A stretch of DNA of 64,000 bases. Source: an uncultured Gemmatimonadales bacterium (GTDB taxonomy: Bacteria; Gemmatimonadota; Gemmatimonadetes; Gemmatimonadales; GWC2-71-9). A program made the translations under genes and the position numbers. The stretch lies in NCBI GenBank assembly GCA_963821525.1, contig CAWGED010000019.1, positions 992,001-1,056,000 on the forward strand. Reading direction: 5' to 3'. Shown in pieces: positions 38,477 through 47,857 of the stretch (positions are counted from its first letter, which is position 1; each line of letters begins with the position of its first letter). Under the pieces are notes generated by a model. It was not told the origin of the DNA and searched no databases. It worked only from the letters and a program-made list of their open reading frames with translations.

Positions 38477-40642
38477 ATGCTGCGCACAGGAAAGCTCGCG
38501 CTCGTCTTGGCCCTTCTGGCCGGGCCCGCACAGGCACAAGGGTGGATCGAAATCGAGCGGCCGCGAGTCCCGGTCGGCTCGCCGACGATCATTCGCACCG
38601 AATCACAGGTTCGCACCACGATTGACGGGCGCATCGCCCGAGTCGAGGTCGCCGAGCAATTTCGCAATCAGGGCGGCAGCATCGCGGAGGGGAGTTACCT
38701 CTACCCGCTTCCTGGTGAAGCCGTTTTCCAGAACTTCTCCCTCTGGATGGGTAACCAGGAACTCCGCGGCGAAATGATGAACGCCGACCAGGCCCGGAAC
38801 ATCTACGAAGAGATTGTCCGGCGGCAGAAGGATCCGGCGTTATTGACCCTCGCAGGCCACGGGTTGGTGCGAGCGAGGGTGTTTCCCATTCAGGCGGGAG
38901 AGACTCGCAAGATCGCCCTGCGGTATACCCAGCTTCTCGAGAGAGCGGGAGACGCACTCCGCCTCCGCTACGCCGTGGGAGAGCGCGGCCGTTCAAATCT
39001 TTCCTTTCTCGTCACTGTTCCCAACGCGGGTGATTTCGGACAGCCCTATTCGCCAACCCACCACATCACGACCGACCGCCATGGCGACCAGCTCGAGATA
39101 ACGGTCGATGCCGACGGCGGGAGCGATATCGAACTGTTCCTGCCGCTCCGTCAGGGAATCGTGGGAACCAGCGCGGTCACCCACGCGCCCGGCGGCGAGG
39201 ATGGATATCTGATGCTGCTACTCGCGCCCGCGATGACCGAAGACGGCCCAGTAGTGCCGCGGGACCTCTCCCTGGTAGTGGATGTCTCCGGTTCGATGTC
39301 GGGCGCCAAACTCGATCAGGCCAAGGCCGCCCTGCGGCAGGCGCTGGGTACCCTGAGTTCGGTGGATCGCTTCAGGCTTGTCTCATTCAGCTCCGGCGTC
39401 CGCAATTTCCGCGATGGGTGGAGTCCGGTCACCGCGAATACCCTGCGAGAGGCCCGGCAGTTCGTCGATGCGCTCCAGGCCGAAGGCGGGACCAATATCG
39501 CGGGCGCGCTGGACGCGGTTCTCGGAACGACCGTGCCGGAAGACCGACTGCCAATCGTGGTCTTCCTGACCGACGGACTTCCATCGGTCGGCGAACAGGA
39601 GCCCGATCGAATTGCGGCCGCCGCCGCCGGCCACATCGGGCGCACCAGGATTTTCACTGTGGGTGTGGGACCCGACGTCAACACCTATCTCATTGACCGG
39701 CTCGCGAAAGAAGGGCGCGGGAGTGCGGAATACGTGCCACCCGATGCCAGCGTCGAGGTGGCGATGGGTAGCCTGCTCGGCAAAATCCGCCGCCCGGCCC
39801 TGGTCAACCTGCGGATCGTGGATTCCCCGGTCAGGTTGATTGATCTGTCCCCCGGCACGCTTCCCGATCTGTTCTACGGCGAGGAGCTGACGGTCTTCGG
39901 GCGCTATCGTGGTGAAGGGAGTGGTCCGATCGTCATTGAAGGAGAGCGCAACGGCCGCCGGGAGCGATTCACCGCCCAGGCCACCTTCCCCAGAAGTCAG
40001 CCGGCCAATGACTTTATTCCCCGGCTGTGGGCGTCTCGCAGAATTGGAGACCTGACTCGCCAGATTCGCCTCGAAGGATCGAGCGAGGTTCTGGTCCGCG
40101 AAGTACGCGACCTGGGACTTCGCTACGGCATCCTCACCGAGTACACGTCGTATCTGGTGCAGGAGCCCGGCGTGGTCGCCATGAATCGCCGGATCGAGGA
40201 CGCCGCCGCGATGCGGCCAGCGGCCCCAGCGGCGCAGACCGGGCAAGGAGCATTCGACATTGCCAAGCAAAGCGCGTCGCTCTCCAAGACGAGCTCGCTC
40301 GCGGAGGCCGACAAGGAGGAGAACGAGAAGCTCATGATCGGCGCGGCAGCGAATAAGGACATCGATATGAAGCGGGTCGGGGGTAGGATCTTCGCGCGGC
40401 GAGATGGCGTCTGGACGGATGCCGCGTTGGGCGATAGTCTGCGGGTGATTGAGGTAGCGCCCTACAGCGACGCCTACTTCGCCGTTGCCCGGGCCCTTCC
40501 CGAACTGGGGCCCTGCCTGGTTCTGGGAGATGAAGTCGCAATCGCTGGCCGATCAGTGACCGTTCGCATCACGGCCAAAGGTGCGCAGTCGATTTCGAAC
40601 CGAGATCTGACGGCGCTGGTGAAGGGATTCCGGGGAGTCTGA
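38477..40642 (+). CDS. Secreted VIT plus von Willebrand factor A domain protein
   Basis: Signal peptide; VIT (EGSYLYPLP, DPALL, RVFPI); MIDAS DVSGSM...GGTNI...LTDG; ILTEYTSYLV. Confidence 0.9.
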   Translation: MLRTGKLALVLALLAGPAQAQGWIEIERPRVPVGSPTIIRTESQVRTTIDGRIARVEVAEQFRNQGGSIAEGSYLYPLPGEAVFQNFSLWMGNQELRGEMMNADQARNIYEEIVRRQKDPALLTLAGHGLVRARVFPIQAGETRKIALRYTQLLERAGDALRLRYAVGERGRSNLSFLVTVPNAGDFGQPYSPTHHITTDRHGDQLEITVDADGGSDIELFLPLRQGIVGTSAVTHAPGGEDGYLMLLLAPAMTEDGPVVPRDLSLVVDVSGSMSGAKLDQAKAALRQALGTLSSVDRFRLVSFSSGVRNFRDGWSPVTANTLREARQFVDALQAEGGTNIAGALDAVLGTTVPEDRLPIVVFLTDGLPSVGEQEPDRIAAAAAGHIGRTRIFTVGVGPDVNTYLIDRLAKEGRGSAEYVPPDASVEVAMGSLLGKIRRPALVNLRIVDSPVRLIDLSPGTLPDLFYGEELTVFGRYRGEGSGPIVIEGERNGRRERFTAQATFPRSQPANDFIPRLWASRRIGDLTRQIRLEGSSEVLVREVRDLGLRYGILTEYTSYLVQEPGVVAMNRRIEDAAAMRPAAPAAQTGQGAFDIAKQSASLSKTSSLAEADKEENEKLMIGAAANKDIDMKRVGGRIFARRDGVWTDAALGDSLRVIEVAPYSDAYFAVARALPELGPCLVLGDEVAIAGRSVTVRITAKGAQSISNRDLTALVKGFRGV

Positions 40643-40643
40643 G

Positions 40644-41144
40644 GTGGCCCACACGGTCGAATCGCTTTACGCCACGTACCACGAGTCGCTCGTGCGGATG
40701 CTGTACCGCCGCACGGGCGATCGTGATCGGGCCGAGGACCTCGCTCAGGAAGTGTTTGCCCGGGCCCTGACCACGCCACCCGACAACCCGCGACCCTGGC
40801 TGTTTGCGGTTGCGCTCAACCTGGTGCGTGATGACGGGCGTCGCGCCGTTCGCCAGGGGCGGCGACTCCAGCTCCTCAAGGCGGAAAGCACCACGACTTC
40901 GCCGGGGCCGGATCACGATTATGAGAGGGAGCAACAGATTCGCGCGGTTCGCGCGGCATTGGACGAGATGAACGAGCGGGATCGCGACGTCCTGTTGCTG
41001 AAGGCAGAAGGATTCAACTACGACGAAATCGCCGCGACCACAGGGTTGGCGAAAGGAGCCATCGGAACCACGCTGGCTCGAGCTCGCCGCCGGCTGGTCG
41101 AGGAATATCGAAAGCAGGATAAGGACCGCTATGCCGCATCTTGA
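40644..41144 (+). CDS. ECF RNA polymerase sigma factor
   Basis: AEDLAQEVF, WLFAVALNLVRD, EGFNYDEIA, GTTLARARRRL. Confidence 0.9.
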   Translation: MAHTVESLYATYHESLVRMLYRRTGDRDRAEDLAQEVFARALTTPPDNPRPWLFAVALNLVRDDGRRAVRQGRRLQLLKAESTTTSPGPDHDYEREQQIRAVRAALDEMNERDRDVLLLKAEGFNYDEIAATTGLAKGAIGTTLARARRRLVEEYRKQDKDRYAAS

Positions 41145-42222
41145 CGAAGGCCACATCCACGCCATGCTGGATGGCGAGCTGACCACCGCCGACCGTGAGG
41201 CCGCGGAGCAGCATCTCCGAGCCTGCGCCGAGTGCCAGCAACTGCTGGCCGAGGCGCGGAGCCTGTTCGCCGAAGCGGACCGGCTAGTTGAGACGCTGGT
41301 GCCGCCGGCAGCCAGCCAGCCGGCTCGCAAACTCCCAACCGTCCGCGCCGGGGGGAAGAACTACCGATGGTTGGCCTGGGCAGCGACTGTCGTGATGGCC
41401 GTGGGGTTGGGGTACTACGGAAGCGCGCTGCGGGACAAGACTCAAGTCACGGCTTCCGGCGACTCATTGCTCAAACAGGACGAGTTGCGCGAGACCGCGC
41501 CCGGGATCATCGGAGCCGCCCCGCCGGCCGACGCGGCCTCAAGCCTGGCACAAAAGAGCGAATCGCGCCGCGCTCCCGAACTCGCCAAGTCCGCCCCGGG
41601 CGCCAAGGCGGCGGAAGCCCCGATCACAGCGAATAAGGTTACGCTCGGAGATTCATCCAGGTCCGGCCAGCGGGCGGATGCTTTGGACGAAGCGGCCGAG
41701 GAGGGGCAAATGCTTCGGGATAAGGAACGAAACGAGAAAGATGCCAAGGCCCAGGCCGAACCGCCGGGCCGCCTGGTCGAAACGCCGATGCCCAAGCCCA
41801 AAGTCCTGAACACCGAGATCCCCACCGGATTCCGAGCTAGCTCTTTGGAGGAGGCAGTCCGGGTTCTTGGTGGAAGCGTCTTGCTGATCGATGGGATGAC
41901 CCCTCAGATGGTCCTGGTGGGCTCGGGCGCCGCATTCGCTGGTGGGAATCCCGATCAGGAGGTGGTACGAGTCGTCTACGATGACCCGCCAGGACGTCAA
42001 CTTTGGCTCGATCAGCAGCGAATCGAGCAAGCACCTGAGGGTGCCGCTCAGGCCCTTAGAGCCACCTCTAAGCTGAACCTGCTTCCGGGAGATACCTTGG
42101 TAACGCCGGCTGCGGATGGCGCTTCCAGCCTCAACTGGGTCTCGCAAGCCATGTTTCGGCTTGGGCTTAGGGGATTTCTCCCGACCGACTCCTTGCGCGC
42201 TCTGGCACGACGGGTGCGGTGA
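41131..42222 (+). CDS. Putative anti-sigma factor (zf-HC2, TM, extracytoplasmic domain)
   Basis: HLRACAEC, TM WLAWAATVVMAVGLG, overlaps the sigma stop. Confidence 0.8.
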   Translation: MPHLDEGHIHAMLDGELTTADREAAEQHLRACAECQQLLAEARSLFAEADRLVETLVPPAASQPARKLPTVRAGGKNYRWLAWAATVVMAVGLGYYGSALRDKTQVTASGDSLLKQDELRETAPGIIGAAPPADAASSLAQKSESRRAPELAKSAPGAKAAEAPITANKVTLGDSSRSGQRADALDEAAEEGQMLRDKERNEKDAKAQAEPPGRLVETPMPKPKVLNTEIPTGFRASSLEEAVRVLGGSVLLIDGMTPQMVLVGSGAAFAGGNPDQEVVRVVYDDPPGRQLWLDQQRIEQAPEGAAQALRATSKLNLLPGDTLVTPAADGASSLNWVSQAMFRLGLRGFLPTDSLRALARRVR

Positions 42223-42294
42223 CGGGATCCGGCCCCTACTTTGTAAGAAACTCCCGCTAGATTAGGGATCCAGCAGGTCCGGATTTTCCGAAGC

Positions 42295-43272
42295 ATGGCG
42301 CACATAGACGAACGCACGCTCGAGCAGCTCCTGAACCACAAGATGTCCCGGTTGGACATTGACGTGGTGCTCGCACATGCTGCCGAGTGTCGTGGATGTG
42401 GACATCGGCTTGAGGAATGGCGCGATCACTTTGAGGAGATCGCGACCCTCCTTCCTGACCCGCAGTCGATCCCTCAGCCGATGGCCCTCCCTGCGGCCTT
42501 CGTGCTGGTCCCGGACAATCCCGCTCCCAGGCATCGCTTCGATCTCACCAATTTGCTGTGGATTGCGGCCGTCGCGCTCGCATTGATCGTCGGGTACTCC
42601 GCCAGCCGGCTGCAACGGAATTCATCCGACGGTCTGGTGACGTCGATCGGTGTTAATCCGATGGCCGAAGCTCCCCAGAACCTCGCGATGTCGAGGGACA
42701 GTCTTGCGTCGCCCTCAATCGACACGACTGCGAAGGTGGTCGATTCGGCCAAGGCTGATACGCCATCGACTCGTCCGGTACAGCAGGACCCGCCAGCCGC
42801 TCCGCCCCGCACCGCGACTACCAAGGCTCCGGCTCCTGCCGCATCCATGGGTGCTTCTCCTAAGCCGGACGCGTCGGTAACCATGCCGGGATTCCGGCGA
42901 GTTGCCCTGGGTGAGGCATCACGGCGTCTCGATGGTGGAATTCGCTTCCTGAGCAATCTGAATCCCGATCACGTCGAGCTCGGCCCCGGCTCCGCGGTGC
43001 CCGGTGCCCAGGCGTCCCTCGATGTCGTCCGGGTCGTGTATAACACACCGGATGGCTCGCGTATCCTGCTGGATCAACAGCGAATCCCCTTGGACGAATC
43101 TGGATTCCGACCGATCAACGATGCGGCGCTGGAGAACGGAGACACGCTCTATGGCAGCTCGGCGCAGGGCGTGAGTGTCGCGACCTGGGTGGACGACGAC
43201 GGCTACCGCATGTCTCTCGTACTTCGGGCCGCGCCGGACTCGCTGCGGAAACTGATCCGGCGGGTTCGCTGA
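42295..43272 (+). CDS. Second anti-sigma-like protein, paralogous to the preceding gene
   Basis: HAAECRGC, TM LLWIAAVALALIVG, shared C-terminal VVRVVY...LDQQRI...GDTL...DSLR.L.RRVR. Confidence 0.78.
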   Translation: MAHIDERTLEQLLNHKMSRLDIDVVLAHAAECRGCGHRLEEWRDHFEEIATLLPDPQSIPQPMALPAAFVLVPDNPAPRHRFDLTNLLWIAAVALALIVGYSASRLQRNSSDGLVTSIGVNPMAEAPQNLAMSRDSLASPSIDTTAKVVDSAKADTPSTRPVQQDPPAAPPRTATTKAPAPAASMGASPKPDASVTMPGFRRVALGEASRRLDGGIRFLSNLNPDHVELGPGSAVPGAQASLDVVRVVYNTPDGSRILLDQQRIPLDESGFRPINDAALENGDTLYGSSAQGVSVATWVDDDGYRMSLVLRAAPDSLRKLIRRVR

Positions 43273-43392
43273 CAGCTCCCTCAGTTGCTAATCCATTGTC
43301 GCTGCAAATCTCTTCTGATCACTATTAGCTTGAGCCTCAACCCGGCCGCGATTCGTGGCTGGTGCGCGTCTGACAAATGTTCAGGAGATTCC

Positions 43393-43923
43393 ATGAAACG
43401 TCATCTGCTTTCCGGTCTCGCACTCCTTGCCCTCTTCGCTGTTGGTGCGCGCTCGGCTCAGGCTCAGGAAGGGTTCTACTTCGGTGTTGGCGGTGGCGGA
43501 ACGGAGCCGGTGGGAGACTATAGCGACGCAGCGAACTTCGGGTGGCATGGCCTCGCGATCATCGGGTACCGCCCGGGAGCCCACACGCCCTCCTCCTTCA
43601 GGATCGACGGCCTGTATGGCGAAAACGATTTTGAGGCTGGCGGTGGCAAGTTCAAGCTTGCTGGCGGTCTCGCCAACGGGGTCTATGAGTTCGGCTCGGG
43701 GAAAGCCAAGGCCTATCTGGTCGGTGGCATCGGGGTTTTCAGTGTCAAAGCGGGCAGCAGCAGTAGCACCAAGTTCTCTGCGGGTGGCGGGGCTGGGGTC
43801 AACATTCCGGTGGGCTCCGACTCCAAGATATTCTTCGAGGCTCGGTACATCAGCGTGTTCACCGAGACCTTCAATACTGCCTTCATCCCGCTGACACTTG
43901 GAATCACCTTCGGGGTGAATTAA
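43393..43923 (+). CDS. Small outer-membrane beta-barrel protein (OmpA-like TM domain)
   Basis: AGGAG SD, signal peptide ending AQA, Gly/aromatic-rich strands, FFEARY, C-terminal IPLTLGITF. Confidence 0.82.
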   Translation: MKRHLLSGLALLALFAVGARSAQAQEGFYFGVGGGGTEPVGDYSDAANFGWHGLAIIGYRPGAHTPSSFRIDGLYGENDFEAGGGKFKLAGGLANGVYEFGSGKAKAYLVGGIGVFSVKAGSSSSTKFSAGGGAGVNIPVGSDSKIFFEARYISVFTETFNTAFIPLTLGITFGVN

Positions 43924-43944
43924 TCCGAAATCTTTTCGACCACT

Positions 43945-43980
43945 GAGCGGCTGCCCTGCGGGGCAGCCGCTTGTTGTTTC
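43945..43980 (+). terminator. Intrinsic terminator
   Basis: Stem GAGCGGCTGCCC / GGGCAGCCGCTT, loop TGCG, followed by GTTGTTTC. Confidence 0.8.
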
Positions 43981-45205
43981 AGACTCTTGCCGCCGCGATT
44001 CCCGCTGCCCGGCCGGTTGCCCAGGCCCAGGCAAAGTTGTGTCCGCCAATCGGTCCGAATGCATCCAGCATCTCTCCGCAGAGGAAGAGTCCAGGACAAC
44101 GGCGGCTCTCGAGCGTCGTCGGGTGAACCTCGGAGAGCGCCACACCGCCTCCGGTGACTTCGGCCTTCCGGTACCCCTCGTCCCCGGTCCAGGGGAGTTC
44201 GTATCGGACCAGCAGATCCACCAACCGGAGTCGTGCGTCGCGCGGCAGCTGTGAAATCGGTAGACCCGGCTCGAGGCCCGCCTCCATCAGGAGCCCCTCC
44301 CCCAGTCGAGCCGGAAGTTGGCGACGAATGACGGAGCCAACTGTTGCGGCGGTGCGTTGCTGTAACATTCCATTCCACTCATCCTGACCCAGGGCGCACC
44401 AGTTCACCGTGAGTCGAGGGAGTGGCTCTCCCCGGAGTCGCGCTCGCGCTGCCAGGTGGGAAATGTCGAGGACAGCGGGACCACTGTAACCGCGATGAGT
44501 AAAGAGAAACCCGCCAGTCGTATGGAAACGGTTCGCCTGAGCGGACAACGAGGAATGCAACGAAACCCCGGCCAGCTCCTGATGGAATGCGGAACTCCCC
44601 GTAAGTGGAGTGAGCGCGGGATATGGGTTGACGACGGTGTGCCCGAGCGCCCGGGCCAGATCGAGCCCGACCCCGTCACTGCCTGTGTTAGGCACCGAGA
44701 GACCGCCGGTGGCGAGCACGACGGACCGCGCGGTTAGTGGCCCGTTACCCGCGGTCTCAAGACGCCACCCAGCCGGCACTCCCTCGAGGCTGGCCAACCG
44801 GGAGCCGAAGGACACCAGCGCGCCCTGGCGCTTCGCCTGATTCACCAGACCATCACGGACGTCGCGGGCCCGGTTCGATACGGGGAAGAGCTTGCCGGTT
44901 TCCTCTTCGAGAACCAGCGGGATATTGAGGTCTCGCTCGAAAAACGCTCGTTGCTGCTCCAGAGGGAAGGAGAGGAGCATTCGCCGGAGGGTATGCGGAG
45001 AGGACTCGGTCACGAATCGCCCCGGATCGAGCGCCGAGGGAAGGACGTTGCACCTTCCTCCTCCGCTAATCAGGATCTTGCGGCCGCCGTCGCGGGTTCC
45101 CTCCAGAAGCACTACCCTGGCCCCGGCCTGCGCTGCGGAGATAGCCGCCATCAGCCCGGCGGCACCCGCGCCGACGACTACGACCGGAAGATTCTCAGAA
45201 TCCAT
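43979..45205 (-). CDS. HI0933/BaiN family NAD(P)/FAD-dependent oxidoreductase
   Basis: GAGAAG, GRKILISGGGRCN, LATGGLS, FLFTHRGYSGPAVL, AEVTGGGV, GE.LD..GPIGG.N. Confidence 0.92.
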   Translation of the reverse strand: MDSENLPVVVVGAGAAGLMAAISAAQAGARVVLLEGTRDGGRKILISGGGRCNVLPSALDPGRFVTESSPHTLRRMLLSFPLEQQRAFFERDLNIPLVLEEETGKLFPVSNRARDVRDGLVNQAKRQGALVSFGSRLASLEGVPAGWRLETAGNGPLTARSVVLATGGLSVPNTGSDGVGLDLARALGHTVVNPYPALTPLTGSSAFHQELAGVSLHSSLSAQANRFHTTGGFLFTHRGYSGPAVLDISHLAARARLRGEPLPRLTVNWCALGQDEWNGMLQQRTAATVGSVIRRQLPARLGEGLLMEAGLEPGLPISQLPRDARLRLVDLLVRYELPWTGDEGYRKAEVTGGGVALSEVHPTTLESRRCPGLFLCGEMLDAFGPIGGHNFAWAWATGRAAGIAAARV

Positions 45206-45251
45206 GGTGGCAATATGAAGCCCTCCTCCAGCCGGCGCATATTACTGATCT

Positions 45252-46625
45252 ATGAAAACCATCATCGAGCCGTTCCGCATCAAGTCGGTCGAGCCGATCA
45301 GGATGACCTCCCGCGAAGAGCGGGAAGCGAAGCTCAAAGAAGCCGCGTACAACGTCTTCCTGCTGCGTTCTGAAGACGTCCTCATCGACCTCCTCACCGA
45401 CAGCGGAACCTCGGCGATGAGCTCGGCCCAGTGGGGCGCCATGATGCGGGGAGATGAGTCCTACGCCGGGAGCCCCTCGTTCTTCCGTTTCGAGGAGGCG
45501 GTGCGGGACATCTTTGGCTTCCGGCACGTCCTGCCCACACACCAGGGCCGTGCCGCAGAGCGTATCCTGTTCTCCGTCATGTGCAAACCGGGAGACGTAG
45601 TTCCCAACAACACCCACTTCGACACGACGCGTGCCAACGTGGAGTTCGTCGGAGCCAACGCGGTCGACCTGGTGATCGCTGAAGGGCGTAAACCGGAGGC
45701 GCGGCATCCGTTCAAGGGAAACATGGATGTTGCCGCACTGGGCCGGTTGATCTCCGAGGTCGGACCGGAGCGAATCCCCCTCTGCCTGATCACCGTCACC
45801 AACAATTCAGGCGGTGGGCAGCCGGTTTCGATGGAGAATGTGCGGGCGGTCTCTACCCTCTGCCGGACCAACAAGATCCCGCTTTACATCGATGCCTGCC
45901 GGTTTGCGGAGAACGCCTATTTCATCAAACAGCGGGAGAGCGGCTACCTGGACAAGGTACCCCTCGCCATTGCGCAGGAGCTCTTTTCTTACGCCGACGG
46001 CTGCACCATGTCCGCCAAGAAAGACGGCATGGTGAACATGGGAGGGTTCCTCGCTACCAACCAGACATCACTGGCCGATCGGGCCCGCGATCTGCTCATT
46101 CTGACGGAGGGATTCCCGACCTACGGCGGGCTTGCCGGGCGCGACCTGGAAGCGATCGCCGTCGGCCTATACGAGGCATTGAATGAGGATTACCTGCTCT
46201 ATCGGATCACCTCCACCACCTATCTCGGCGAGCACATCGCGCGGGCAGGCGTGCCGATCGTTCAACCTCCGGGCGGCCACGCAGTGTACATCGACGCGGC
46301 AGCATTCTTTCCGCAGATCCCCAATCTCCAGCTGCCCGGGCAGGCCCTGGTCGTCGAGCTGTACCGGGAGGCGGGCATCCGCGGGGTCGAAATCGGCACC
46401 GTGATGTTTGGGCGACGGGACCCCGAGACCGGCGTCGAGTCAGCTGCACCGATGGAGCTGGTGCGCCTTGCGATACCCCGTCGAGTGTATACCCAGAGCC
46501 ACGTGGATTATGTGGTTGAGGCGATCCTTAATGTGTGGGAACGCCGGGCGGCGGTTCGGGGCTACCGGTTCCTCGAACAAGCGCCCTTCCTCCGGCACTT
46601 CACGGCACGGTTCGCCCCGCTGTGA
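45252..46625 (+). CDS. tnaA: Tryptophanase
   Basis: IDLLTDSGT, MSAKKD (PLP lysine); residues separating it from tyrosine phenol-lyase: FDTT, VEIG, LRHFTA. Confidence 0.88.
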   Translation: MKTIIEPFRIKSVEPIRMTSREEREAKLKEAAYNVFLLRSEDVLIDLLTDSGTSAMSSAQWGAMMRGDESYAGSPSFFRFEEAVRDIFGFRHVLPTHQGRAAERILFSVMCKPGDVVPNNTHFDTTRANVEFVGANAVDLVIAEGRKPEARHPFKGNMDVAALGRLISEVGPERIPLCLITVTNNSGGGQPVSMENVRAVSTLCRTNKIPLYIDACRFAENAYFIKQRESGYLDKVPLAIAQELFSYADGCTMSAKKDGMVNMGGFLATNQTSLADRARDLLILTEGFPTYGGLAGRDLEAIAVGLYEALNEDYLLYRITSTTYLGEHIARAGVPIVQPPGGHAVYIDAAAFFPQIPNLQLPGQALVVELYREAGIRGVEIGTVMFGRRDPETGVESAAPMELVRLAIPRRVYTQSHVDYVVEAILNVWERRAAVRGYRFLEQAPFLRHFTARFAPL

Positions 46626-46660
46626 GCGGCAGCCTGGAATCGGGCTGATTGCTTTCAGGA

Positions 46661-46687
46661 TATATAAGTGTGCGGCATACATATATA
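46661..46687. repeat. AT-rich inverted repeat between convergent tnaA and marR
   Basis: TATATAAGTGTG-CGG-CATACATATATA. Confidence 0.7.
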
Positions 46688-46712
46688 CCTCCCATCAAAG
46701 AGCCGCCTGGGC

Positions 46713-47228
46713 TCAGGACCGGGCCAGCGCTGCGCCGTTCACGGGGCAAGTCTCCTCTGGGCATGCGTCCAGTTCGCATAGTCGGCAGATGTGATCGGAG
46801 TGCGCGGGACTGCGAGTGATTCCGAACAGGACCTTCTCCACCGATCGCATGAACTGGCTTCTCTCGGCCGCGCCCAGGTGACCGAGAGCTGCATCCATGG
46901 ACTGACGCCGGGCATCGAGGATCCGCTGATAGACCCGTTTGCCCGCGGCGGTCAGAAATACCGCGGCCGAGCGACCATCTTTCCCTGCCCGGCGCTCTAC
47001 GATCCCCTCCTCCTCCAGCCGATCAAGCAGCCGCACCGTGCCAGAATGGGACAGGTCGAGCGCACGACGCAGGGTCTCAATCGTTTGGCCCGGCTCTCCG
47101 CCAACGGTTACGATCGCAGCCGGGCTGGCAGCGGCATGTCCCGCAATGCCTTCCGTGGCGGCAGAGATCTCATCCCCCAAGGCAACGGCGAGAGCGCCGA
47201 GCAGGTTAGAAGAACGAGGGTCACTCAT
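46713..47228 (-). CDS. MarR family regulator with a C-terminal Cys cluster
   Basis: LSHSGTVRLLDRL...DGRS...LT.AG winged helix; ICRLCELDACPEETCPV. Confidence 0.88.
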   Translation of the reverse strand: MSDPRSSNLLGALAVALGDEISAATEGIAGHAAASPAAIVTVGGEPGQTIETLRRALDLSHSGTVRLLDRLEEEGIVERRAGKDGRSAAVFLTAAGKRVYQRILDARRQSMDAALGHLGAAERSQFMRSVEKVLFGITRSPAHSDHICRLCELDACPEETCPVNGAALARS

Positions 47229-47234
47229 AGGGCC

Positions 47235-47263
47235 AATATATGACTTACACACATATCTGTCAA
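47235..47263 (-). promoter_or_regulatory. marR promoter with an embedded palindromic operator
   Basis: TTGACA-17 nt-TATATT, 6 nt before the ATG; ATATG-N9-CATAT at 47238-47256. Confidence 0.75.
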
Positions 47264-47270
47264 GCAACAG

Positions 47271-47778
47271 CTATTTCTTCCGATAAAGCCCATCGAAGGC
47301 CACCTGCCAGTCGCCCGGCTTGCTGGAGGTCTCCCAGAGCTGCCGCACGGAGCCGTCAGGGTTCCGGAAGAACGTCAGGCGCTGCTCCTGCTTACTGCCG
47401 TCGGCCGCGGTCACAGTACCGGTGAACAGCATCTTGTTATCGGCGTAGGACCCGGACAGGTACAGGTAGTTGCCTGAGTTGTCTACCCAGAATTGATGCC
47501 ATCGGCGCGCCACCCGGTCGTAGAAATTGAAACTCTGCCCGGTGCTTCCCCGCGCTCCGGTCCAGTGCTCGTGCACTACACACCCGTCCTCTTCCAGAGT
47601 GATATCATTGGTTCCCGCCTCCTTTCCCTGCACCGTCACGTTCCACTGGCCAACCCAGAAGTCGAACTGCCTGAACTCGGCCGTGTCGCACTTCGGAGGT
47701 GCCTGCTGAGCTGAGAGAGAGGCCGCAGCGATCGCCGCGAATCCAAGATGACGACAAGGGCGCACGGAGAAACGTCAT
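47271..47778 (-). CDS. Secreted conserved hypothetical protein (DUF1579-like beta protein); 5' end probably frameshifted
   Basis: C..EFRQFDFWVG.W, GC.V.EHW, W.QFWVDN.G, DGSVRQLWE; ATG 47778 is out of frame with GTG 47765. Confidence 0.7.
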
Positions 47779-47857
47779 GGCAGCACCTGTGGCTCGAGGG
47801 AAGGTGGAGTGCAGTTCACACCTTACGCCTCGCCTCGGGCGTGAGTTGCAGGCTGGG

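Noticed and set aside
45252..46625. Tyrosine phenol-lyase assignment
   Set aside because: Diagnostic positions match tryptophanase (FDTT, EIG, LRHF) rather than TPL (FTTT, ERG, LRFF)
46440..46682. 80-aa ORF with a GGGAGG SD downstream of marR
   Set aside because: Runs antisense into tnaA with no protein-like features; more likely coincidental or a remnant
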